From Gemmatimonadota bacterium (lineage in GTDB: Bacteria > Gemmatimonadota > Gemmatimonadetes > Palauibacterales > Palauibacteraceae), in assembly GCA_039589195.1 (NCBI GenBank), contig JBDHHV010000017.1, positions 11,237 to 75,236 of the forward strand: 64,000 nt of DNA, given 5' to 3'. Each line of letters opens with the position of its first letter. The first letter of the stretch is position 1. Shown piece by piece: positions 19,471-28,114 of this stretch. The notes below the pieces were generated by a model. It ran no database searches, was not told the origin of the DNA, and was given only the letters and a program-made list of their open reading frames with translations. Made by a program: the position numbers and the translations under genes.

Positions 19471-20363
19471 GAGCCGCCCGACGGTTCGGCGTCCGAAGCC
19501 GCGCCGGCAAGCTGCACCCGATCGGCCTCGACGCCGGCGACTTCCCCGGCCGGGCCTCGGTTCAGGACCCAGCGCTCGGGGTCGTGGTGCAGCAGGTATT
19601 CCTCGCGCTGGATCCACCCCCACACCATGGAGCGTGTGAGCCAGCGCTTCTCGGGCCTGACGGCGAAATAGATGTGCGCGACGATGAGCGTAATGAGAGC
19701 CACACCGGAGAGACCGTGGAGGACGTACATGATCCCCCACGCCGAGTCCGAGAGGAAGTAGGGGTTCTGATTCCAGAACGGGGTATCGATGCGGAGCATC
19801 ATCAACACGCCCGTCACGATCGCGACCACCGAGACGACCGCCGCGGCGTGGTGGTAGAGCTTGTGATCGAGAGGGTATTTCCCGGCCTTCGGCGACAACC
19901 CGCGCGATCGGCGGAAGAAGCGAGCGAGCGCCTGCGACCCCTCGGTCACGTCTACGCTCCCGATCCACATGGACCGGAGGTCCTGCCGCAACATCGCGTG
20001 GAGTACGTGATACACGATCGTGAGAGTGAGGACGACGCCGGCGATCCAGTGGATCGTCACCCATGGGAAGCGAATCCCGACGACCGGAAGAAACGCGGTG
20101 AGGAGGAGCGCGAACATGGCCAACGCCATGAGCCAGTGGAACACCCTCGATGGGAGCGTGTGGCGAGTGACGCGCTCGGGAACTCCCTCGCCGGGCACGA
20201 ACGCCTCTTCCGAAGGCATGGGCCGTGCGATCCAACGGACGTAGATCCCATGCGCGACGACAAACACCGCACCGGCGATGAGCGCCAGCCACATGAGATC
20301 CCAGGCGATTCCGACCAGGACGTCCTGTCCCCACGGGTTGGCAGCGCTGCGAAGGATCTCCAT
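19467..20363 (-). CDS. Membrane cytochrome b subunit (FdnI / formate dehydrogenase gamma / cytochrome b561-like)
   Basis: RHTLPSRVFHW, TIHWIAG, GKYPLDHKLYH, VLHGLSG, IVAHIYFA. Four TM helices with candidate heme His ligands plus one extra N-terminal TM. Ends HHDPERW. Confidence 0.85.
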   Translation of the reverse strand: MEILRSAANPWGQDVLVGIAWDLMWLALIAGAVFVVAHGIYVRWIARPMPSEEAFVPGEGVPERVTRHTLPSRVFHWLMALAMFALLLTAFLPVVGIRFPWVTIHWIAGVVLTLTIVYHVLHAMLRQDLRSMWIGSVDVTEGSQALARFFRRSRGLSPKAGKYPLDHKLYHHAAAVVSVVAIVTGVLMMLRIDTPFWNQNPYFLSDSAWGIMYVLHGLSGVALITLIVAHIYFAVRPEKRWLTRSMVWGWIQREEYLLHHDPERWVLNRGPAGEVAGVEADRVQLAGAASDAEPSGGS

Positions 20364-20375
20364 GGCCGCGGCCCG

Positions 20376-21377
20376 CTACGCGCCCGCGTCGCGCAGCGCC
20401 CTTCGGACGAGGTTCCGGGTGAGCGGGAGCTTGTAGTCGTTGTGGCGGAGCGGCCGCGCCCCGCGTATGGCCAACTCGCCCGCGGCCGCCGCCGTGTCCT
20501 CGTTTGGCGGCATCCCCTGAACGAGGTTCTCCACATCGGGTAGCCGCATCGGTTTTGGCGCCACTCCGTTGACCGCGATCCTCGCGCGCTCGATGCGCCC
20601 ACCGGCAACGACGATCGCCGATGCTACGCTCACGAGGGCGAAGTCCCACGACTGGCGGTCCCGAACCTTCTCGAAATAGAAGCGCGCCCCGGCCCATGTT
20701 GATGGGATCCGGATGTGGGTGAGCAAGTCGCCGGGCTCCAGCACCGTCATGCGCGTGATGTCGATGTCGGGGCCGAGGAAGTAGTCCTCGGCCGCCACGA
20801 CACGCTCACCGTCCGTGTTGCGGATCACCATCTCGGCGTCCAGGGCGACCAGGGCCGGGGCGGTGTCCGATACGCTCACGGCCACGCACCGGCTCCCACC
20901 GAACACGCAATGCTCGCGGTTCATGGATTGCGGCGTCGCAGCGTAGCACGTGTTGCCGCCGGCGCGGTAGCATGGCCATCCGCCCCGGTAGTACCAGCAG
21001 CGGGTATCTTGCGAGATGTTGCCCCCGATGGTGCCCTGATTCCGGATCTGGGGCGTGGCCACGTGCCCCGCGGCCGTCGATAGCAGGCCGAACCGCTCAA
21101 CGATCTCCCGGTGCGATGCGACTTCGGACAGCGTCGTCAGCGCCCCGATCTCCAACCCGTTTGCCGTAGGCCGCACACCACGCAGCTCCAGGACGCCACC
21201 CAGCTCGACCACCGTCTCGGGTCGCTTCACCCGGTCCTTGAGCCAGTCCAGGCTGTCGAGCCCACCCGCGAGCACCCACGAGCGCTCTCCGTGGCGTTGC
21301 AAGAGGGCGACTGTGTCCTCGACGCTCGTCGGCTGCAGAAGCTCGAACGTCGGCATCATGTCGCGAATTACGGCCAT
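20376..21377 (-). CDS. Xanthine dehydrogenase family FAD-binding subunit with PaoB/HcrB-type [4Fe-4S] insertion
   Basis: LAGGLDSLDWLK, TPQIRNQGTIGGN, Cys insert RCWYY...PCY...TCY...RCV, FYFEKVRDRQSWDFALVSVA. Confidence 0.92.
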   Translation of the reverse strand: MAVIRDMMPTFELLQPTSVEDTVALLQRHGERSWVLAGGLDSLDWLKDRVKRPETVVELGGVLELRGVRPTANGLEIGALTTLSEVASHREIVERFGLLSTAAGHVATPQIRNQGTIGGNISQDTRCWYYRGGWPCYRAGGNTCYAATPQSMNREHCVFGGSRCVAVSVSDTAPALVALDAEMVIRNTDGERVVAAEDYFLGPDIDITRMTVLEPGDLLTHIRIPSTWAGARFYFEKVRDRQSWDFALVSVASAIVVAGGRIERARIAVNGVAPKPMRLPDVENLVQGMPPNEDTAAAAGELAIRGARPLRHNDYKLPLTRNLVRRALRDAGA

Positions 21378-21440
21378 CGTTACGCTCCTCTGGAAGCGTG
21401 TTGAGGCACCCCGGTCTTTCGTGCGCGCGCCAGGCGTACC

Positions 21441-23837
21441 CTATACGTGTGTGTCGAGGCGCCCGTAGGGCTGTTTGCGACCCTCCAACTCGGCGAGGAT
21501 GACGTCCGTCGTCAACGGCGTTCGGCACAGGCACACCCCACCGAGGGCATCCGCGATCGCCGAGGTGATCGCGGCCGAGCCCGCTCCGATCGGGGGCTCG
21601 CCGATCCCCTTGGCGCCCACCGGATTCTCCGGATCGGGCTCGTTCACCGCTCCCCAATCCATCACCAGGGGCGCATCAAGGATTCCCGGGGGTCGCGCGG
21701 TGTACAGGCGGTGCGCGAACGGGACGCCCCACTTCGGGTCGAATACCCACTTCTGACTCCTCGCCTGCCCGAACCCTTGCACGCCGCCGCCATGGATCTG
21801 GGACGCGAGGTTTCGCGGGTGGAGGACCGTGCCGCAGTCCGCGACCCCGGCGTACTCCTTGATCTCCACCTCGCCCGTCTCCACGTCGACCTCGACGCGC
21901 GCGAAGCCGACTACCCACGACCAGGTCCCACCTTCGTGCGAGTAATTGTCTTTGGCGACACCCATGAGTCCCTGTCCCGCCAGCGCGCCCGCTGCGCCCA
22001 CCGTCACGGCATGGATATCGTCCGGGAGCTCCCGTCCGCTGTACTCGCCGCCCAGCGCGATCGCACGCTCGGCCGCCCGCCCGAAGCTCATGGCTCTGGA
22101 CGGGGACGACCTCAGAAACACACGACCATCCGCCGCTTCGTAGTCGGCTGGCGATCCGCCGAGGTCGCGAGCGGCGATCTCCTGCAGCTTCCGCTTCGCG
22201 TCCATCGCAGCCGCGTGGTTCGCGCGTGTGTGCGCGTGCGCGGTTTGGCTGCCCGCCTGCACCGAGCTCCACGGCAGGTGGTCCGAGGTGTCACCCCAGA
22301 TGACCGAACAGCGCTCCCACGGCATCCCCAGGACGTCGGCCGCCGCACGAGCCGTGTCCGCAAAGGAGTGCGTACCGAGGTTGCCGATCCCCTGGTGGAT
22401 GTAGAGGTCGCCATCGGGCCGGATCACCATCAGGCCATCGAAGCCAGACGAACCACCCACGTACGGGCTGAGCCCTACGCCCACTCCGGTCACCCTGGTG
22501 CCGTTACGGTCGCCGCTGAGGCGGCTCTTCTCCGCCCACCCGAACACCTCCGCACCCACGTCGAGGGCCTCGCGGACGTACGCGCTGGTCAGCCCCCCCT
22601 GGTTCGGGCCGAACCGCGAGTCGTGGTCGGGTGCGTTGGCCCGGCGCATCCGTACCCGGTCGATCCCCAACTCGCGCGCCGCCTTGTCCATGAGCGGCTC
22701 GAGCATGGCGACGATCTGCGCCCCACCGGGCGCCCGCTGTGCCGAACGCGGAGGCGTGTTCGTGTACACGGTGATTCCACGGAATCGCATGGCTGCAGGC
22801 TGGTACATGAGCGATGCGACCGCCGAGGCGGACATGTGGTCCCCCGAGCTCCCGTAGGCGCCGTGGTCCTGTACGATGTACAGATCGATCGCCGTGACCA
22901 CCCCATCGTTCCGCCACCCGATCCGGGTCCATGCCTGGAACCCGGGGCGTGCACGCCCGATGTAGTGTTCCTCGTAACGCGTGATCCGCAGCATCACGGG
23001 CCGTCCTACCTTGCGAGACAACAGCGCCGGCACGTGCATGATCGGGCTCATGGTGATCTTCGAGCCGAAGCCACCACCGCAGTACTGCCCGATAAACACC
23101 ACGTCCTGCGGGTCCAGGTCCAGGGAGTTGGCGAGAGACACGCGGGCCCGTGCCGTGCTCTGAGTGGAGCCGTACAGATGAAGCTTGCCGTTCTGCCAAT
23201 ACGCCATACAGCTTCGTGGCTCCATCGGGTGGTGGGTGAGCGACTGGTGGACGATGGTGTCATCGAGAATCAAGTCCGCTTGGGCGAAGCCGGCGTCGAG
23301 GTCGCCGACGCTCCACTCCTGTACGGGCTCACCCATGGGGAGCTTCCCTTCGGCAACCGCCGCAAAGTCGGCTTCGGTCCACTTGACCGACTTCAGCTCG
23401 CGGCCGTCGATGGTGTTCCCGCCCAGGCGTGCGTTCGGCCCGTCCGGCCGTAGGCTCTCGAGTGGGTCCAGCACGAAGGGGAGCGGTTCCAGATCGACTT
23501 CGATCTGCTCGATCGCATCCGCCGCCGTGGTCTCGTCCACGGCAGCCACCGCGAGGATCGGCTCACCGACGTAGTGCGGCTCGTTCGTGAGCGCGCGTTC
23601 GCCAGGGGGCTCGGCTGCGGGCAGATCGTCGGCGGTGAGGATGTCGATGACCCCCGGCATGGCGAGGGCGCGGCTGGTGTCGATGCTTCGGACGCGGCCG
23701 TGCGGCATGGGACTGAGGAGGAGCTTCGCGAACAGCATGCCCTCTGCCCGAAAGTCCTCCGCGAACTTGGCCGCCCCCGTGATCTTGGCTACGAGGTCGG
23801 GTGGGGCAATGTCCTGACCGATCAGCTTTTCCGCCAT
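21441..23837 (-). CDS. Xanthine dehydrogenase family molybdopterin-binding (large) subunit
   Basis: KITGAAKFAED, HHPMEPRS, GGGFGSK, active-site loop SAQRAPGGAQ, QIHGGGVQGFG, GAKGIGEPP (catalytic Glu). Confidence 0.93.
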   Translation of the reverse strand: MAEKLIGQDIAPPDLVAKITGAAKFAEDFRAEGMLFAKLLLSPMPHGRVRSIDTSRALAMPGVIDILTADDLPAAEPPGERALTNEPHYVGEPILAVAAVDETTAADAIEQIEVDLEPLPFVLDPLESLRPDGPNARLGGNTIDGRELKSVKWTEADFAAVAEGKLPMGEPVQEWSVGDLDAGFAQADLILDDTIVHQSLTHHPMEPRSCMAYWQNGKLHLYGSTQSTARARVSLANSLDLDPQDVVFIGQYCGGGFGSKITMSPIMHVPALLSRKVGRPVMLRITRYEEHYIGRARPGFQAWTRIGWRNDGVVTAIDLYIVQDHGAYGSSGDHMSASAVASLMYQPAAMRFRGITVYTNTPPRSAQRAPGGAQIVAMLEPLMDKAARELGIDRVRMRRANAPDHDSRFGPNQGGLTSAYVREALDVGAEVFGWAEKSRLSGDRNGTRVTGVGVGLSPYVGGSSGFDGLMVIRPDGDLYIHQGIGNLGTHSFADTARAAADVLGMPWERCSVIWGDTSDHLPWSSVQAGSQTAHAHTRANHAAAMDAKRKLQEIAARDLGGSPADYEAADGRVFLRSSPSRAMSFGRAAERAIALGGEYSGRELPDDIHAVTVGAAGALAGQGLMGVAKDNYSHEGGTWSWVVGFARVEVDVETGEVEIKEYAGVADCGTVLHPRNLASQIHGGGVQGFGQARSQKWVFDPKWGVPFAHRLYTARPPGILDAPLVMDWGAVNEPDPENPVGAKGIGEPPIGAGSAAITSAIADALGGVCLCRTPLTTDVILAELEGRKQPYGRLDTHV

Positions 23838-23934
23838 GATCTGTCATCTCCGCTATGCCGGCCGCTGAAGAGCTCCAGCGGGCCGTGTTACGCGGAGCGA
23901 GCCCTGGCGGGATCGCCCCGCGAACGCCGTCAGC

Positions 23935-24570
23935 CTATACGCGGCGTGCGTACTCGGCGGCCCGCTCGGCCGAGTTCAGGATTTTGTGGTAGTCACCACA
24001 GCGGCAGAGATTCCCCGAGAGGTAGTGCGCGGCTTCCTCACGGGTGGGGTTCGGGTTCTCGTTCACCATCGCGACCATGCTCATGATGTATCCCGGCGCG
24101 CAAAACGCGCACTGGAAACCACCTTCTTCGACGACGGCCTGCTGCACCGGGTGAAGCTCACCGTTCTCGGCAGCCAACCCTTCGATCGTGGTGACCTGGC
24201 GCTCCCGGACCGCGCCCGTGAGCACGGAACACGAGTAGTGTGGCACCCCGTCGATCAACACCGTGCAGGCACCGCATTCGGCGCGGTCACACCCCAGCTT
24301 CGTCCCGGTGAGCCCGAGCTTGTAACGCAGCGTCATGGCCAGCGTCTCTTGCTGCAGGACATCTACCCGGCGGGACTGGCCGTTCACGTTCAGCGCTATC
24401 AGACGGGGGATGCTGCCACGGGCGGAGGGGCTACCGGCGAGTGCGCTCGAGGCACGAAACAGATAGCCGGTGGAGGAGATCGCCGCGCCGGCGGCGATCA
24501 CCCCTTTGATGAAGCTCCGTCGGGAGAAGGGCCGCGGCTCGGACTCGACGATGATCTCGATGTCAGTCAT
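23935..24570 (-). CDS. Xanthine dehydrogenase family [2Fe-2S] subunit with twin-arginine (Tat) signal (PaoA-like)
   Basis: ATG 24570. SRRSFIK Tat motif plus hydrophobic stretch. GTKLGCDRAECGACTV, FQCAFCAPG, GNLCRCGDY. Confidence 0.93.
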   Translation of the reverse strand: MTDIEIIVESEPRPFSRRSFIKGVIAAGAAISSTGYLFRASSALAGSPSARGSIPRLIALNVNGQSRRVDVLQQETLAMTLRYKLGLTGTKLGCDRAECGACTVLIDGVPHYSCSVLTGAVRERQVTTIEGLAAENGELHPVQQAVVEEGGFQCAFCAPGYIMSMVAMVNENPNPTREEAAHYLSGNLCRCGDYHKILNSAERAAEYARRV

Positions 24571-24727
24571 GATCGACCTCGACAGGGGCGTCACACGGCG
24601 TCGTTTGAGAATCCTGGGACGCAGGTGTCCCCGAGACAAGACGTGCACCCGGGTTGCCGCGCTCCGGCCCGCCGGCGAACGTGACGGCGGCGCGGGGTAA
24701 TTGAACGAACAAGATGAGCGGAGAGGT

Positions 24728-25207
24728 ATGGACGACGTCGTGGTCCGGCGCGCGGTTCCGGCAGATGTGCCTGCTCTCGAGGGCCTTTGGACCGAGTTCA
24801 TCGACCATCACGCCGAGGGCGATGCGTACTTCCGTCGTTCACCCGGGGCCGAGCGGATCCATGGGGCTCGTCTATCGGAGGAGTTGGACCGGGCCGACCG
24901 CTTGATCCTGGTCGCCGAGCACGGGCGAAAGCCCGTCGGGTTCGCGATCGCCGAGATCAGGGGCGCCTCCGACCTGTTCCTCGTCGGGCCGTATGGTTTT
25001 GTGCGCGATCTCGGCGTCACGCGCACCGCGCGCCGGCTAGGTGTGGGCCAACGGTTGTACGACGCGGTACTGGAATGGCTTGCCGAGCTCGGCGTGCTGC
25101 GGGCAGAGCTGGATGTGACCGAGACGAACGAGACCGCGCGCAGATTCTGGGAACGGCAGGGCTACCGGCCGCTATACACCCGGATGACAGTAGATTTGAG
25201 CGACTGA
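24728..25207 (+). CDS. GNAT family N-acetyltransferase
   Basis: VRRAVPADVPAL, acetyl-CoA loop ARRLGVGQRL, NETARRFWERQGY. ATG 24728 follows GGAGAGG; TTG 24701 is an alternative start. Confidence 0.88.
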   Translation: MDDVVVRRAVPADVPALEGLWTEFIDHHAEGDAYFRRSPGAERIHGARLSEELDRADRLILVAEHGRKPVGFAIAEIRGASDLFLVGPYGFVRDLGVTRTARRLGVGQRLYDAVLEWLAELGVLRAELDVTETNETARRFWERQGYRPLYTRMTVDLSD

Positions 25208-25298
25208 AGCCTGGCCGTTCACCGGATGCACGCAGTCATGGGTCGGCCCGGCAGCCAGGGTCGGCCCGGCGGCCCAACGGCAGCCCGGCGACCGGCGA

Positions 25299-25907
25299 TC
25301 AGGAGGTCCGCTCGCTCAGCTCGCGGTTCAGCCATGCCCGAGCCACGGTCCAGTCGCGCTTCACCGTCGCCGGCGAGACGTCGAGGGCCTCCGCCGTATC
25401 CTCGACACCCATCCCTCCGAAGAAACGGAACTCGACGACCCGGGCCTGACGCTCGCTCAGCCGCTCGAGCTCGGACAACGCCTCGTCGAGTGCGATCAGG
25501 TCCGCCGGTCGGTTCTGGGCCGCCAGCACGACGCTCTCGAGCGGCACATGCGTGGATCCCGCTCCGCGCTTCTCCGCTTTCTTCATGCGTGCGTAGCTAA
25601 CCAGAATTCGACGCATGGCACCTGCGCTGGCGGCGAAGAAGTGTGCCCGTCCCCGCCAGCTGATCCGGTCGAGCTGGACCAGCTTCAGGTAGGCCTCGTG
25701 CACGAGAGCCGTGGGACTCAACGTGTGGTCGGCGCGCTCCCGCCGGAGCTCTCGCTGTGCAAGTCCCCGCAGGTGCTCATAAACCACCGGCAATAGCCGA
25801 TCCAGTGCAGCACTATCACCTTCGGAAAGCTTCGCCAGGATCCGGGTGACGTCAGCGTCCCCCGGCTCTTGCGGTGGGTTCGCGGGTGCTTCGCGCCGGT
25901 CCTGCAT
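25299..25907 (-). CDS. ECF sigma factor, TIGR02999-type (family usually linked to Ser/Thr kinases)
   Basis: DVTRILAKL, DRLLPVVYEHLRGLA, HTLSPTALVHEAYLKL, HFFAASAGAMRRILV, VEFRFFGG, TVKRDWTVARAWL. Start uncertain. Confidence 0.9.
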   Translation of the reverse strand: MQDRREAPANPPQEPGDADVTRILAKLSEGDSAALDRLLPVVYEHLRGLAQRELRRERADHTLSPTALVHEAYLKLVQLDRISWRGRAHFFAASAGAMRRILVSYARMKKAEKRGAGSTHVPLESVVLAAQNRPADLIALDEALSELERLSERQARVVEFRFFGGMGVEDTAEALDVSPATVKRDWTVARAWLNRELSERTS

Positions 25908-26042
25908 ACCGCAGGCTGCGAGGCTGGGCCCGATTCGTCAACGGCGCGACGGCCCGCGGCGGGTTGTCGGGGGGTTCGGTCCCGAGGCACGTTCCGTGCT
26001 GTTTTTCGGTTGGCCGCCCGGGATTCTCCGCGACGGGATCGT

Positions 26043-27194
26043 ATGAAGGCAATAGAGGTCGTGAGGCGCGTACACCGATGGGCCGGTCTGGTGACCGGTG
26101 CCATTATCGCCGTGGCTTCCATCACCGGCGCCATGCTCGTTTACGAGCCGGAGCTCGACCGGGCCATGAACCCACATCTGTGGAGGGTGGCCGACCGACC
26201 GGGCGCGCGGCTCCCGGTCTCCGACATCATCGATATCGTCGACGATCGATACCCGCGGCACCGGGTGAACAGCCTCGTCCTCGAGAGCGACCCTCGCATC
26301 GCCGTGGTCGCGTATCCGGGTCGTGACCTCCAGGTCTTCTTGGATCCACACACCGGAGAGATACTCGGAGACCGGATCCCGTCGAAGACCCTGTTTGGTC
26401 GGACCTACGGTCTTCACAGGAACCTGCTCACGGGCAAGACCGGCAACACCGTCGTAGGCCTGTCGACGGTGGCGCTCGTGATCATGATCGTGCTGGGCGT
26501 TTGGCTGTGGTGGCCGCAGTCACGAGCGAAGCTCAAGCCCGGTCTTCGGCTGCATTTCGGCCGTGGGTGGAAGCGAGCCAATTACGATCTGCACAACGTG
26601 CTCGGGTTCTACAGTGCCTTGGTGCTCATTGTCCTGGCTACGTCCGGTGTGATGCTCGCCTACCCGGGCCTGACGGTGAGTCTAGGGCGGCTGTTGTTCC
26701 CGGCCGCGACCGTAGCGGTCGCGCCGGCCGTGCCGTTGAGCCGTCAAACGGCCGACCCCGCGACGACCCAAGGCGGATCGGTCGTGGATCTGGCTGTCGC
26801 GTACGCCGGGCGCGAGTTGCCCGGGGCTCACCGGACTTCGGTCCGATTTCCGCCTCCACGGGGTGGCCCGCTGACGGTGATCAAAGCGATGACGGGTCCG
26901 TCTGAGGCGCCGGAGGTCCACACGCTAACCTTCGACGCCGAGACCGCGGAACTCCTCAGTATCGCTCTTCATTCCGATGCGCCGACGGCCCAAAAGGCAC
27001 ACCGCTTGATAGCGGAGGTCCACCTCGGAACCGTATACGGCTGGCCGACCAAGGCGGTCGCGTTCCTGGTCAGCCTGATCGCGGGAACGCTACCGATCAC
27101 CGGTGCGATCGTGTGGTTCCCCCGCTGGCGGCGGAAGCGACGTCGGAAGCGACGTCGGAAGCGGATGCGCGCACGACCGGCGACCGGAACCTGA
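26043..27194 (+). CDS. PepSY-associated TM helix domain protein
   Basis: RRVHRWAGL, VFLDPHTGEILG, LHRNLL, GVWLWWP, YDLHNVLG, EVHLGTVYGW, TGAIVW. Confidence 0.9.
   Translation: MKAIEVVRRVHRWAGLVTGAIIAVASITGAMLVYEPELDRAMNPHLWRVADRPGARLPVSDIIDIVDDRYPRHRVNSLVLESDPRIAVVAYPGRDLQVFLDPHTGEILGDRIPSKTLFGRTYGLHRNLLTGKTGNTVVGLSTVALVIMIVLGVWLWWPQSRAKLKPGLRLHFGRGWKRANYDLHNVLGFYSALVLIVLATSGVMLAYPGLTVSLGRLLFPAATVAVAPAVPLSRQTADPATTQGGSVVDLAVAYAGRELPGAHRTSVRFPPPRGGPLTVIKAMTGPSEAPEVHTLTFDAETAELLSIALHSDAPTAQKAHRLIAEVHLGTVYGWPTKAVAFLVSLIAGTLPITGAIVWFPRWRRKRRRKRRRKRMRARPATGT
27132..27163 (+). repeat. 12-bp tandem repeat (cggaagcgacgt, 2.7 copies) encoding RKRR units
   Basis: cggaagcgacgt cggaagcgacgt cggaagcg read directly. 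Confidence 0.85.
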
Positions 27195-27274
27195 GACCCG
27201 GTTTTCCGACCCGATTCGGGCTCGTCGATTCTCGGGGTTGCCGTCCGGCGACCGGCCGGCATCCTTATGGGGTT

Positions 27275-28114
27275 ATGCGGAGTCGACATGGATGCGCCCT
27301 GGCCGTTGCTATCGCCCTCTCGTGGCCCACTGTCATGCACGCACAGCAGCTGAACAAATACCTGCGGTATGCGCACGAAGGGGCCTCACACTACGGGGTG
27401 CTTGACGGCGAAGACATCCGCCAGCTGGCGGGTGATCCGTTCACCTCTTCCCAAGAGACCGGGGTGACCGTATCGCTTGCTTCGGTTCGCCTGCTGTCCC
27501 CGTGCGAGCCGACCAAGGTGATCGCGGTCGGACTCAACTACGGGAGTCATCTTGGAGACCGGGCGACTCCGACCTATCCGGGGTTGTTCGCGAAGATGCC
27601 CACTTCGATCATCGGTCCCGGTGATGAAATCGTGATGCCCCCCGACGCAGAAGACGTGCATTACGAGGGCGAGCTGGTCGTCGTGATCGGACGACGGGCG
27701 AAAGACGTCTCCCCGAGCGAGGCGTCTGCGCACATCTTCGGCGTGACGGCGGGCAACGACGTCAGCGAGCGCGGTTGGCAGCGCGACGATCTGCAGTGGC
27801 TGCGAGCGAAGGGCTCAGACACCTTTGGCCCGTGCGGCCCGATGATCGTGTCCGGACTCGATTACAACGACCTGCTCCTGGAGACACGCTTGAACGGTGA
27901 GCCCCGACAGTCCGAACGGTCAAGAGACCTCTTGTACGACGTTGACGAGATCGTGAGCTACGTGAGCCGATACGTCACGTTGCTCCCGGGTGACGTGATC
28001 TTCACGGGTACACCGGGGACGACGGGTCCCATGCAGCACGGCGACGTCGTGGAAGTCGAGCTCGAGGGGGTAGGCATCCTCCGAAACACGGTTGTCCGCG
28101 GTGAGCCCCGATGA
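27275..28114 (+). CDS. Fumarylacetoacetate hydrolase family protein with an apparent signal peptide
   Basis: KVIAVGLNY, FAKMPTSIIGPG, HYEGELVVVIG, GNDVSERGW, KGSDTFGPCGP, GDVIFTGTPG. N-terminus MRSRHGCALAVAIALSWPTVMHA-QQ. Confidence 0.9.
   Translation: MRSRHGCALAVAIALSWPTVMHAQQLNKYLRYAHEGASHYGVLDGEDIRQLAGDPFTSSQETGVTVSLASVRLLSPCEPTKVIAVGLNYGSHLGDRATPTYPGLFAKMPTSIIGPGDEIVMPPDAEDVHYEGELVVVIGRRAKDVSPSEASAHIFGVTAGNDVSERGWQRDDLQWLRAKGSDTFGPCGPMIVSGLDYNDLLLETRLNGEPRQSERSRDLLYDVDEIVSYVSRYVTLLPGDVIFTGTPGTTGPMQHGDVVEVELEGVGILRNTVVRGEPR

Noticed and set aside
19471-20697. Upstream 409 aa of ORF 19084..20697 (-)
   Set aside because: Alternate-frame overlap of the cytochrome b and FAD genes; only the last 128 aa are gene-like.
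21447-23453. 668-aa ORF (+), and similar long ORFs 27958..29835 (-), 34574..36571 (+), 48036..49976 (-), 50699..52174 (-)
   Set aside because: All are antisense shadows of well-supported genes.
21441-23837. Aerobic CO dehydrogenase (coxL)
   Set aside because: Lacks AYxCSFR and AYRGAGR; Tat signal and [4Fe-4S] insertion are unlike CoxMSL.
25910-26042. Cobalamin or other riboswitch upstream of the PepSY-TM gene
   Set aside because: No B12-box or other conserved riboswitch elements recognised.
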